In this document: positions 24,621 through 36,723 of the stretch, piece by piece | Layout of the letters: every line of letters starts with the position of its first letter | How positions within the stretch are numbered: position 1 is the first letter of the stretch | Source of the DNA: Camelus dromedarius | Lineage: Eukaryota | Length of the DNA: 64,000 bases | Direction: 5' to 3' | NCBI RefSeq assembly: GCF_036321535.1 | Contig: NC_087441.1 | Coordinates: 39,246,001-39,310,000, forward strand | Made by a program: the position numbers and the translations under genes | Notes under the pieces: generated by a model | What the model was told of the DNA's origin: nothing | Seen by the model: the letters and a program-made list of their open reading frames with translations, nothing else | Databases searched by the model: none

Positions 24621-27359
24621 ATTTTATTGGGGTCAGATAGGCCTGGATTCCAATGATAACTGCAATTCACTAGCTATGGTAATAAAATAATTATATCAAT
24701 GAGAAAGCATTTTATTTATATAGGATTTTGCACAAAATTCCTTCACGTTCTCTATGTTATTTAATGTCACTTCAGCAACTCATTTATAATATGTGACTCT
24801 CTTTACCAGTTTGTTGTAAGCAGTAAATGGAATCATTTGTTTAAAGTAGCTAGCATAACGCGTAAACGCTACACATTTTTACCGCTTCTATATCACCACC
24901 ACCACAGATGGGTGCAGCTACCTGTCTGGACCACGGGGGGGCAGCAGAGAAAACAAGACGAAATCCACTTCTTTCCGACGTTCTGAGGTTAGAGAAATTT
25001 AATTGTTACTTGGTGGTTAGTACAGAAAAACAATTCAAGTCAGGAATGTAATAAAAAAATGTTTCTCTGGAAATACCATCATTGCTCCTTGGTCCAGAAG
25101 TCACATTTCTGGATATGTGCCTCACACCTCTGGGAGCCAGTGGTGCGGCTGTCTACTCTGATAGCCTGCTAACGTCTGCTCTTTAGCGACCAGTGTCAAA
25201 TTTTGCTAGACTTATTATATCTCTAAACTTTACATTTTGAGGTAGTGAATAGCTACTGAGTCTTTGGTTAGCCATGATATTTCAAAGTTTTAAGATTAAT
25301 GTGATCTCCCTTTGTGCTGCAAGCAGAATGCAAGAAAACTCTTTGTAAAATCACATTGTTGTTTCTTATTACAATCATGCATTAGAATTTTTTAATAGAA
25401 TTGGAGACTTGGAACAGAGAAAGGAGACAAAGAAGATGATTAGTATAAGTATGATTCTGCAATTCAGCTTTGGAAAACATAACGCTGAGTAAAAACACAT
25501 CTGAACTTTGGGATTGTATTTGTCTCCTGGAAAGGAGGCAACTTGGATTGTGGTGGGTGGATGAGGGAGCTGACAAAGCTGAAGTTAAGAAATGAGTAAG
25601 TCTGTACGTATGCCAGACCACAGCATTTGATGTAGTGGCCAGAAGCATTTGGTAGCAAAATATAAGGTAGTATTAGCACATAATTGATGTTAATTATATG
25701 TTTTAAAATTATATAAATCTATTAAGCACAAAGGGGAGGAAGTACAATCTTCTTAATGGAAAAGTTTTGTCTAATTGGCTATGGAACAGAAGTCTATGCT
25801 GGATGAAAAAAAAAACTTGGAAATTTACTTTATTAATTTGAAATACATAATATACAATAAAGCTCAAGGATGTGTACTACCATTTAAATGTTCATATAGA
25901 GGCTATAAAGTTCGCGGAGGAGCCAAACTTACAATCTGGAATCTACAGTGGAAGACCATGATTCAGTGCTTCAAAGTATAAACTGTATGTAATACTCGGA
26001 AAGAGAGTGATGTAGAAAAGGCTTCCAGAATCTAGTGGAGAGAAAATTTCCTGGTGTCCATATACAAACAACTATTACTTTCTTCCTGGTGATGCAATGC
26101 GTTAACTTCATACACTCTGATTTTGCTAACTGAAAATCTGACTGAAGAGTATTCTAGTTTTTGTATGTTATTCTGTATGTCAAAGTATATTCACTGAAAA
26201 CTAGTAAGATAATCCTGATCATAGTATAAAATGTTGATTTAACTAGTGTGTCCCAATACAAAGGAACTTCAGAGTCTCAGGTAAATTAAGCCATAGAATT
26301 TTGGAGCTGGAGGAGACCACAGAGAACAAAGTGGAGGTAGCCTTTGATAAGTACACAGCTCATTTATAGCAGGGGCAGACGAGGGCCCTACGTCCATACG
26401 TACTCCTATTTTTTTAAGATCCCTCTTGTGATGCCATAGCAGAACTATATATAGAATTAGATGACAAAGTGGAAAAAGTTTCCTTGGCTACTTGAAAAGA
26501 TCAGTACATTAACATTCTTTTAAAAGTGGAATGGCAGCAAATGTCTTTAGAGAAAGCTCAGAGTCAAACTCAGTGATATTTTCCTTCCAGTAGAAATAAC
26601 CTGAGCCTCCCAGCACTCCAGAAGATTGTATACTTCTTGACCTGTATTCATATAAATATAAATATCTTATTAGATTTAGAAGGGACCTCAAGAATTTATT
26701 TGGTTCAGTTCCTTCCTTTCCAGGAGGTAAGATATCATTATCCCTATTTTGTACATGAAACAGTTGAGTCCCAGAGAGACTAACCAACTTGCCCAGTAAC
26801 TAATGGGGAGGGAGGAACAGGTCTGCTGTCCTAGCAAAGTACTATACTATGTGTCTCTTACTGGTTAAAAAAAAGATAGTTTTCTTAAAATTCATTTTTA
26901 TTTGTTTCCATTAAGTTTGAGGGACCCATAATTTCACACAAAATACTCTTCCATGATTGTGTAGAAGTAGATAGTAACTGATTGCATTTTAGACAGTCAA
27001 TTTCTCTGGTCTCCTTGAAAGTGAATCTTGAAAGTCAGCTTGACTATTCCCAGTTGGCCCATTGCCCAGTAAGCAGCCATAATTTTGGTTTTAAAAAATA
27101 AAGAAAATCCCTTATTTTGCTTATTTTGGCCAATGAATTAGTTGTTTAAGTGAATGAGTCAAAAACCAGTCATGAGACACTACATATTTCAGAAAAAAAC
27201 CAAGATAAAATAGGAAACTGTCAAATATTAGAAGTGAAAGTTAGATAGGTCTTCCTTTTTAGAGTTCTAGATAATGGACATACGAAAATATAGGTTGCAG
27301 TCTTGCTTCCTAAAGTGGATTTTGAGTGCAAAGGTGCAATTTGATAATGAAAAGGCACA

Positions 27360-27638
27360 AATGTTATGGTTACCACGGGGGAAAAGGGGTAGGAAGGGAT
27401 AAACTGGGAGTTCGAGATTTGCAGATACACATTACTATATATAAAATAAACAAGTTTATACTATATAGCATGGGGAACTATATTCAATATCTTGTAGTAA
27501 CCTATAATGAAAAAGAATATGAAAAGGAATATATGTATGTATATGTATGACTGAAACATTATGCTGTACACCAGAAATTGACACAACATTGTAAACTGAT
27601 TATACTTCAATTTAAAAAAAAGAAAGAAAAAGAAAAAA
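27360..27638 (+). mobile_element. 5'-truncated L1 3' end (same family)
   Basis: L1 3'UTR plus A-rich tail; TSD aaaaggcaca at 27350-27359 and 27639-27648. Confidence 0.85.
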
Positions 27639-28449
27639 AAAAGGCACACATGGTATCTCTATGGTGGAGCACAGGGGGAAAGCTTTCTAGAATAAACTTT
27701 ATATATCAAAGCTATAAAAATGCTCCTAGTCTGGAGGTGCTACCAATGACATTTATGATACTAATGAGGATACGTTATGCATCATCTTCCCCTGATTATG
27801 GCAGGATGACTCAAGACCTTCTTGACTGGGCTTCTCCTTTACATGTTAACAGTTTAGAAAGGGCTTTTATCCTAGTTCCCAAAAGGTCAGATATTTAAGC
27901 TTGAAAAAAGAGGAGGAAGCAGTGACAAGTTCCTGGATATTATAGAGAGGTAGAAATTGGGGGGAAAAAACCCCAGAAATTAGAGACAGGGAAAACAGTG
28001 ATAGAAGACAGGGACTGCAAAGAGGAAGATGAAAGTAACATTTATTGGCACCTATTTTATGAAAGGCGCTATGCTGAGTACTTTGCTTATATTATCCCAT
28101 TTAATTAGCACATATAGCTTTACAAGAGCTCTGTGAGGTAGCTACTATGTGCAGGTAACAAAATGGCACTCAAAGATATTAAAATTTTTACATAGCTAAA
28201 AGGTAACAACTAAGATTCAAATTTTGACATGACTTCAGATTTCATATTGTTTTCATTAGACCAGTCAGACCATCAATGAAATTTCAAAAAGAGATATCAG
28301 ATAAATTGACTTTGAAAATAGCATTTAGGATGGGCTTATGTAAACAAATATCAGAAGAGAGAAAAAAAGATGAAGAGATTACACTGCAACTCCATCATCA
28401 TAGAAATAAAATAGCTGTTAAGCAACCTGAGTTGTGAAAGGTTCTATAA

Positions 28450-28836
28450 TTAAGATTTTAACTCAATATCTCCTGATTTCCCTTCCTCATTATCCTCATC
28501 CACCCTGTCTCCCAGGAAGCTATAGTGACCTTGCAAGTCATCACCAATGCAGAGAAAACCGGGTATTGAAATATCTTTCCAGTCCCGACACGAGGGAATA
28601 CGAATGTGTTTGACATCTTCAGTTCCAGGAATGAAGCCAAATAGCTTCTTGATGCGCTGCGTGATGAGGAGTCGCGAGTGCTGCTCTGCAGCTTGTTCAA
28701 AGAGCTTTCTCTCATTGCAGAGGTGGGTGGTCCAGTAGTGATGCTGCAGAGAGGTGAGGGGGGAGCAGCATCTCGCCAGACAGCAGGAGACTAGGACAGC
28801 AGTGGTTGCCAGGGTGATCAAAATCCAGCCTAGCAT
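28450..28836 (-). CDS. CALHM4: CALHM4 coding exon 2 (MLGWILITL...DIELKS*), 128 aa; full protein 313 aa
   Basis: TM4 plus C-terminal helix of the CALHM family in ORF 28450..28875; acceptor T-tract-aataattatgggaag; phase 0. Confidence 0.95.
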   Translation of the reverse strand: MLGWILITLATTAVLVSCCLARCCSPLTSLQHHYWTTHLCNERKLFEQAAEQHSRLLITQRIKKLFGFIPGTEDVKHIRIPSCRDWKDISIPGFLCIGDDLQGHYSFLGDRVDEDNEEGKSGDIELKS

Positions 28837-29879
28837 CTTCCCATAATTATTAAAAAAAAAAAAAACAGAAAGCATCCATATATCAAATAGTCAAGAAACA
28901 GCCATGGGAGGAGGGATTCCCACAAAACTGAGAACTAGAATATGGGTAAGAAATGTGTTTTTCTCATCTTTAAAATATTAACAGGTGCTAATCATTTGAT
29001 CCTGGTTGCAGGGATGACATAGGGTATAGGCTCAACCATTTCACCTTGGTTTTGGGATTACCAAGGATTTTGACCCGTTAACATGGAATAGATTCTAAAT
29101 CCCATCCTTGAAGTGGCAGACACTATAACCTACCTTTGTATAAGGTATGTAAACTACATTCTTTGATTTTAGCTCAAGCCTACTTTTCAACTATCAGGTA
29201 TAGGTCCATGCATTTGGGGGGCACTTAATAAATACTTGGTAGTGATGGTGATGGTGATGAAGATGAGGGTCTGGTAGATAATTATGGTGGTCTCATTACA
29301 TGTCTTCAATGATGTGCCAGCAAATATTCATTGACATTTCTTCCTGAATTGCTCCTTCCTTTTCTTTTCTGTGACCAAAGAAAGCCAGTGAGCAGACTCT
29401 TATGTCCCTAAGGGTGTAACACCTATTATTTCTCTTTTCATTTTCCTCTCCCTTCAAATAATCATTTGTTGGCCAGTTTTATGATTTGTTTTTGAAACAC
29501 ACTTTGAAAGGAAAAGGAACTAGATTTTATTTGCAACTATTCACTTCTTCCACTCTTAAAGACTGATATAAACAGCTATTTTCTACATTAAGAATCCTTT
29601 TTTTTTTCATTTTCATTATTCTTTTTTCAGTATTTAGTGGTTGTTATGTAGGGTGAGAGAGACGAGGTCCACAGATTTAGGGAAACCAGCAGCGTGCAGC
29701 CATAGTCTGGAAGGTGAAGGTCTCTTCCCCAGCTGTGACTCACCAACAGGCCTGGAGTTACCAGTGTGCACAGCAGGATAGCTGTACTCTATAGAGGCTA
29801 AAACCTACAAAGTGATACTCATCATAATTTAACTTAATAGAGGCCAGCATAGCAGAGGAAAGGTCATCTCAGTTGCCCA

Positions 29880-30420
29880 TTAACTCATCAGGTATCATTT
29901 ATTGAGCCCCAGGTTGACCTCCCACCATGTTCTGGGTATGGTGCTTGGTTACTGGGACTCATATGTGAATAATTTTAGATACATTCATTCTCTCTGCAGT
30001 CTTTAAGCTTAAAAAGGGAAACAAATTAACAAGCCAAGAAATATGGTAAAATAGGATAGTTTTTGATATGAATAAATACAAGGCCCAGGGAAGCACAAGG
30101 GAAGAGAAATAACTTATTTAAGGGAAAGAGTGTCAGGGAACACTTCCCAGAGGAGATGATGCGCAGTCTTAAATTATTAAAGAGGATTTCACCAGATGCA
30201 AGAGGTTGAGGAGAATTCTAATGAGGGAAGAAGTCAGAAAAATAAGAGTGCGAAGAGTTGGGATAACCTCATAAAGTTTGGATTCACAGGGTCATAGGAA
30301 TACATAGGAAAATGGTCAGGGGCCAGATATTGAAGGATATTGTATCTCATGCCAAGAATCTGGATTTATGCTTAGGCTGGTAGAAAAACCACTGAAGGAC
30401 TTAGATGGGTGGGAGGGGTA
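29880..30420 (-). mobile_element. L2 fragment in the CALHM4 intron
   Basis: atttattgagcccc...gggaacacttcccagaggagatgatg...aaaccactgaaggactt. Confidence 0.6.
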
Positions 30421-31679
30421 AGGGGGAGGCCGATCACTCAGTTCTCAGAGTGATGCCTGTGGCATGAGTATAGAAAGTAGATTGAAAGGGGGTGAAATCA
30501 GTGGCTGGAAGGTATTTTAGAAAGAGGTATGGGGCAGAGAAGGGATTTGAGCTTAATCTGATCTGGTGGTCAACCCAGAATAATCCAACATAAAGATAAT
30601 ACACATTCCTCAAATGAGATTGAAGTTCAAGGTATTTACAGAAGGTGGCCTGGTGAAATAGAAACATCATGATCTTTGGATATCACAGTCAGCCATTTAT
30701 TAGCTCTGTTAACTTATGAAAGTTATAAACTCTGTGAGCTTTGGTTTCCTTGTCTGTCAAATGGGGTTGATTATACCTTTGTCTTAAAATAATGAGGATT
30801 AGAGTCAAGATATGAAATATTTATACACTAAGTCAAAAGCATCTCAAATGTTAGTTTTTCTGTCACTATATCAAAAACCCCACTGGCTGGTGGCATTCAG
30901 AGCTGTAAAACTGTCTCTTCACAGAATTGTGTGTATCATTAAATAAGATATTTTATTTTGATCTTAGGAGCAGCTTACCATTGTGTATTATATCTTAGTT
31001 GTTTTACAAGCAAGGACATTTTTTAAAGTTAAAACTGCCCCATTGATTTTTTTTTCACTTTTCAAAGCTCCTCTGCCAGAGCTTTAAGGCTGGCGTAAAT
31101 AGGTGGAGGCAAACCCTTTCCTAATGAGATTTCTAATTTTCCTTAAACTAGGCCAGATGTAACATTTCAATATTCTGTATGTTGACGGCAAATTTTTTCA
31201 ACTAAACAGCATTAGCACTTCTAAATTTTAATAGCTGAAAAGTGACAGGTCAAAAAATGCCTTTGCAATAAGTAGTTTAAAAAATGTGTTTTTACTGCAT
31301 TGCAGTGATTTGAAATGTTTTTCCCCCCAATCCCTTGGAGAAACTGATGAAAGCCAATGATTCTTTCTCTACTGACAAAAATGCACTTTTACATCTTTAA
31401 ATTTAACCTGTAAGAGCAGTAGGTTTAGGGCCTCCTCCCTCTTCACTCCACCCCCTCATACAAACCTATCTAAGGATACTAAATTTAGAAGCATCATTCG
31501 AGTTTTTTTGGGGGGGAGTTTATTTTTAATCATAATTAATCTTTCTGTAATTTTAGATAAGATTTTAATATATAAGAATGCATATTTTAAAATATTTATG
31601 TGCAGCAAGATGAATTTAGTTATATAGTAAAAATAATTTTAATAACAATATCTAAAATTCATTTTAATATAGATTCTGA

Positions 31680-31900
31680 ACACAGTACTGAGCACTCTGG
31701 ATGCATTAGTTCATTTATTACTCCAACCCTATGTGGTAGATCCTACCAATATCCATTATACAGCTCAGAAATGTGAAGTGTGGATGAATTATATAATTTG
31801 CATAAGGTTTTGCAGGTTAATAAATGGCAAAGCAAAACTCAAACCCAGGTCTGCTGACTCCAAAGCCCAGAATTCTGACTATAGCTTTGTCACTGCTCAG
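31680..31900 (-). mobile_element. MIR SINE
   Basis: aaactcaaacccaggtctgctgactccaaagccc MIR end. Confidence 0.65.
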
Positions 31901-32037
31901 TAGAAATCACTTTGATGAATGGCGTCTACTCTGTGTTCTACCATCAGACAATATGAGAAGCAGCAGGGATGTGAAATGTTTCCAGCGACTATAGTTAATA
32001 TGGGAGAGAGAGCAGAAAAGAAAAATCAAGAACTTAC

Positions 32038-32592
32038 TTGTGACTGATATCTGTGCAGAAGAGTAACTTCATCTCTCACCAGGATTATGTCCGCTGGAGC
32101 TGATTTGCAACATGGAAACCCTGCTAGGATCTCTTTTCGTTTGCTGGCGCTGATGTTGTGAAACACTGGGTAATGGTCCACAGATGCGAATTCACTTGCT
32201 GCGCATTCGTAGTAGGTGCCTGTCAGCAAGGTCACTGCCAGCCACGTTAAAGGAGCAACAAGTGCCCTCCCAGTGATGCTGAAGAACCGAAGGCAAGCCA
32301 GCTTGCGCTCCAGGAGGCTGATTCTCCGCGGTGGAGGGACACAGATGCAGTACTCACCGGCAATTGTCCACGTCTGGCTCCTCAGAGCATAACCAGCAAC
32401 CAGAAGTATTAAGGCAGGGATGACTAGAAAAGCAGAACCATAATAGAAATTTTTCCCAATCTGACAGGGACATTTGAACGTGAATGAGGAGAACAGCTGT
32501 TGGCCACCAATAGTCAATGCAGCAATTAGAGAATTGATCAAAGTTCCACTTCTCTGCAGAGAAGATACAGTATTGTTGAGACCTCGGCTCAT
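32038..32592 (-). CDS. CALHM4: CALHM4 (FAM26D) coding exon 1, calcium homeostasis modulator 4, 185 codons
   Basis: MSRGLNNTVSSLQ...FKCPCQ...YYECAASE...FPCC...HRYQSQ with CALHM extracellular Cys pattern and NIS sequon; ATG 32592-32590; donor CAA|GTAAGT. Confidence 0.95.
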
Positions 32593-33479
32593 CGTTGAGA
32601 AGCTCTTACTCAGATCAGCTTGTAGCCCTTTCTGATCATTAGACTCCACCAGCTATAATCATTTTATGGGATCTTACTGGTTGAACTGGTTGTGTCAATC
32701 TACCCAACATCCTCACATGTTTAAAGGATTCTAGCATCTTGTGTACTTTGTGATTCCTGAGCTAATAAATGCACCTCAGATTATAGCTGGAGGGACCTGA
32801 AGGAGAGATTCATCTGGCCTGAGTGATGGGGGAAACTTCTTCAGTGTATCTTTCTACTGTAAAGAGGTTGGCTTGCTTGCAAAACAAATTGCTGTCATCT
32901 TTCAATGTGCTGCTTTGTGTGACACAAAAAGCTCAGCACCAGCAAATAAGGCATTGGAAGCAAAACAAAGAACATTCCTACCTTTGCACTGGTCCAGGAT
33001 TTTGTTACCATAAAGTTATGGCATAAATAATAATGGAAATTATCAAATACTAGATTAATCCAAAATCTAGAGCTGTCTGGAGCATCTGTAACGTAAGAGT
33101 TCTGCCAGAAGATCCCAAAAGCTTTTCCAAGACAAAGCTTGGCTAACCCTAAAGCCAAATCACAACAAAAACATTCTAACTTTGCATAAAAATGTGTTTG
33201 TGTTGACAGAATACAATAACGTGTTGCTTTAAAAGTTAAGCTGCAAATATGCTTATATGGTATCTTTCTGTCATATAAATATGTAATATTTGGGTAATTA
33301 ATAAAGTTATATATCTATAAATAAAATGGCCAAATATGTGAAATGTTTACTGTGTTTATTTAATCAACAAATATTTATTGTATAACTTCTATTAAAAGGC
33401 CCTGGAGTAAGCTTGCTTGGGCTCACAAAACTTGAATAAGATGTAAATTTCTCTTTTCAAATAAACTCTCAGCTGGATA

Positions 33480-35400
33480 GAGTTAAATACATAATTAAGG
33501 AATTGAAACATAATGTGAAGGATTTCACCCGAAGTGTGGTATAAAAAGACAAAGAAATAAAATAATACATTTTTTAAAACAGTTAAAGAAAACAGAAAAC
33601 AGGTTAAGCATCTCTATGATCTGTGTGATAGGATCTCCAGAAGAGAAAATGAAGGGACTGGCAGAGAAGCAGTATTGGAAGAGAAATAACTGAGAATTTT
33701 TGCAGAATTAAAGAAAGTTCTTACATCAGAAATGTGTTATATATTCAGAGCAGTGTACCTAAAGACAAGTTTATATCTGGACACCTGGTAAAACTGTAGC
33801 TTGTGAAAAATAAAGAGATATTCTTAAAAGATACCAGAAAGAAAAGACAAATACCCTACAGAAAATAACAACAGACTGATAGCATGCTGAGCAGTAAGGA
33901 CAGAAACTAGAAGACAGTCTTCCAAGTGCTTAGTACCAGCTCAACTACCTATCATTCAAGATAAAGTAAAATAAAGGCACATAAAGACGAAAGGAATTTA
34001 CCATCCACAGACCTTCATTAAGAGAATTGCTAAAGGATGTAATTCAGCAAGGAAGAAAAACAAACTGCAGAAAGACATGGGAACCGAAAATGATGACAGG
34101 GACAAATGTATTTATTAAGTTTCTTTAATTATTAGCTGTGGAAATAACTACTTTTTATTTCAAAAGATACAGCTAAAGTAATCCATGGTTACAATAAGAC
34201 ATCACTACATATCTACTAAAATGGCAGACACTTGAAAGATGCTCCATTGGTCTCCAATTACCAAACATTGGTAAGGATTGCAGAGCAACTGAAACTCTTA
34301 TAGACTGATGTTGGAAATGTAAATGGAAACAACCACTTTGGAAAATTGACAGTTTCTTTAATTTGCCTGCCATATAATGCAGGCACTTACCCCTAGTTAT
34401 TTACTCAAGAGAAACGACAGCCTATGTCCACATGAAAACTTATGTATGAATGACCATAGCAGTTTTATTTATAACAGCTGCAAACTTGGAACAATACAAA
34501 TGTCCATCAACAGGTGAATCAACAAATTGTTATATATCCATTATAAGGGAATACTACTCGGCAAAATAAACAGAATAAACAATTGATATAGACAATAATA
34601 AGAATTAATTCAAAATAACTTTCTGAAAGGAAGAATTCAGGCAAAGGAACATACACTGTATGACTATATAGATTCTTAAAAGTATAAATTAATCTACACT
34701 AATAGAAAACAGACCAGTGCTTGCCTAGGGAGTGAGGGAGGAGGAATAAGAAGAGAGGGATTGCCAGGGGGTGGGAAAACTTTGGGGACTGTATCAGTTT
34801 GAATCATGAGCTTTTAACTGATGTAGGTGACTGAGTGGTGGATGGTACAGAAAGGCCAATGCCATCGAAAGAAGAATTTATTATTTATATTTACCAAGAG
34901 AAGGAGGAATGCCAGGCCACTCCGGGCCACATGGGAAGCACCAGGTTTGGGCGGAAGGCAGAAAGGAGGAGGGAGAGCCTAGGCCACAGGGAAGCCTGGG
35001 GCTTCTGTGGGAAAGGCAAGGCAGGTCCAGGAAAACAGCTTAGGGTTGTCTGATTTAAATAACTCTAGTTGGCTTTGGCTTCCATGGCAGCTACTGCTGC
35101 TTGTCTGGTGCCTGGTCCTGGGTTGATTTAGAACAGACGAAATACTGACTTGGTGTATGAGAGTTAGACAAGAAAGTGAGTCACAGTATGGATTCCAGAT
35201 CACACAAGAAATATAAAATACATTGGCTGTTAGTCTGGCCCTGTAATTAAGGAATGAAAACAAAGAATCAAAGGAAACACAGTCAATACAGCAGTGATGG
35301 AAATATTAATTACACTGATTGATTTGATGGCTTCAGGGGTGTATACATATGTCAAAGCTCATCAAACAGTACATGAATTATATCTCAATAAAGCAATACA
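33480..35400 (+). mobile_element. Ancient L1 fragments (ORF1-like region then L1MC/ME-type 3' end), interrupted by an LTR
   Basis: A-rich ORF1-like text, aatgtccatcaacagg motif and terminal ...tatatctcaataaagc; subfamily not resolved. Confidence 0.6.
34790..35290 (-). mobile_element. ERVL solo LTR, MER74/MER73-like
   Basis: TG...CA ends; cccaggaccaggcaccagacaa and cctggtgcttcccatgtggcc resemble the MER74 group; inserted in an L1 3' end. Confidence 0.65.
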
Positions 35401-35599
35401 GATTTTACATATAATTATTAAATAATAGAAATACAGTGCCTAGATCATTCAAAATGGATGACACAAAAAGAGAATAATGACAGGAAAAGAAGTAGTAAAG
35501 AAAGAGAAAAGGATGGTAAAAAGAAAACACAAAATAATAGTAGAAATGAAACCAACACATCAATAACCACACACACACAAAATTTAAAACAGCTAACAA

Positions 35600-35800
35600 T
35601 TACCAAGTACTTCCTACACCCCAGGCACTGTTCCAAGAACAGCATCTTATTTGATCCCTGTAATAATCCTATGAGGAGGTACTAATACAATCCTCAGCTT
35701 TTTTACAGATGAGAAAACTGTGGCGTGTCAAGATAAAGGAAATTGCACAGGGCCATAGAGACAGGAGTGAAAAGGCCAGGACTAGCCATGCTCTTAACCA
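35600..35800 (-). mobile_element. MIR SINE
   Basis: aataatcctatgaggaggtact...ttttacagatgagaaaactgtggc. Confidence 0.7.
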
Positions 35801-36398
35801 CCACACCAGAGCTGGGGTAAATTCACCTACAGAGTGATTAAAAATAGAGTCATGCTGCTTTCAAGTGACACACCTAGACTACACACAAAGTGTGAAAAAT
35901 AAAGGTACTGAAATATACCTCACTGGGAATAATAATAATATCATTATAAGGCAAAAATTACTAAAGGCAAAAAGAATCAAAAGGGCTAATTTTGAACACT
36001 TCATTATAATAGAAGGAATGATCCATTATGACATATGACAATGGTCGGCTTGTATGTTTTTGACTGCATAACTGAAATATATAAAGCAAAAACATTAAAT
36101 TATAAGGAGAAATTCTTATAGTCAGAGAGATATTTTTAACATATCTTTATCAGAAATGATTGATCAAGTAAACATTAGAAAGGATATAAAAGATGTGAAA
36201 GAATCAAATTAGCAAGCTTTGATAAAGATGTAGTGCTCCATACCCTAAAAATTGAGAATAAGCATATTTATAAGCTCCCCATTAGTCATTTGCCAAAATG
36301 CATTGATCATGTACAAGATCACAATGTAAATTTCAGCATTAATGTCCAATAACAAGGAAACAGATTTTAAATAACTATGGTAATAGAATGCCAAGGAG

Positions 36399-36723
36399 TA
36401 GGGACTGACAATCTATGGTTCAGGGACCAAACTGACCCACTGCCTGTTTTGTATGCCTTTTGAGCTAAGAATGATTTTTCCATTTTAAAATGGTTGGAAA
36501 AAATTTTTTTGATATTTTGTGACTTGTGGAAATTACATGAAATTTAAGTCTGAGTGTTTATAAATAAAGTTTTATTGGCACATAGCCACGCCTGTTCCTG
36601 AATTGTCTATGGCTGCTTTCCCCCCACAACAGCAGAGCTGAGTAGTTGTGACAGAGTCTGTATGGCCTTAAAGCCTAAAATATTTATTAGCCAGCCGTTT
36701 ATAGAAAAATTTGCTGCTCCCTA
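36399..36723 (+). mobile_element. hAT-Charlie MITE MER58B-like
   Basis: gagctaagaatgattttt...ataaagttttattggcacatagccacg...agcctaaaatattt...tttgctgctccct. Confidence 0.85.

Noticed and set aside
32593-32649. 19-aa N-terminal extension of CALHM4 in the ORF track
   Set aside because: The track start at 32649 is GTG, not ATG; family-like sequence begins at the ATG at 32592
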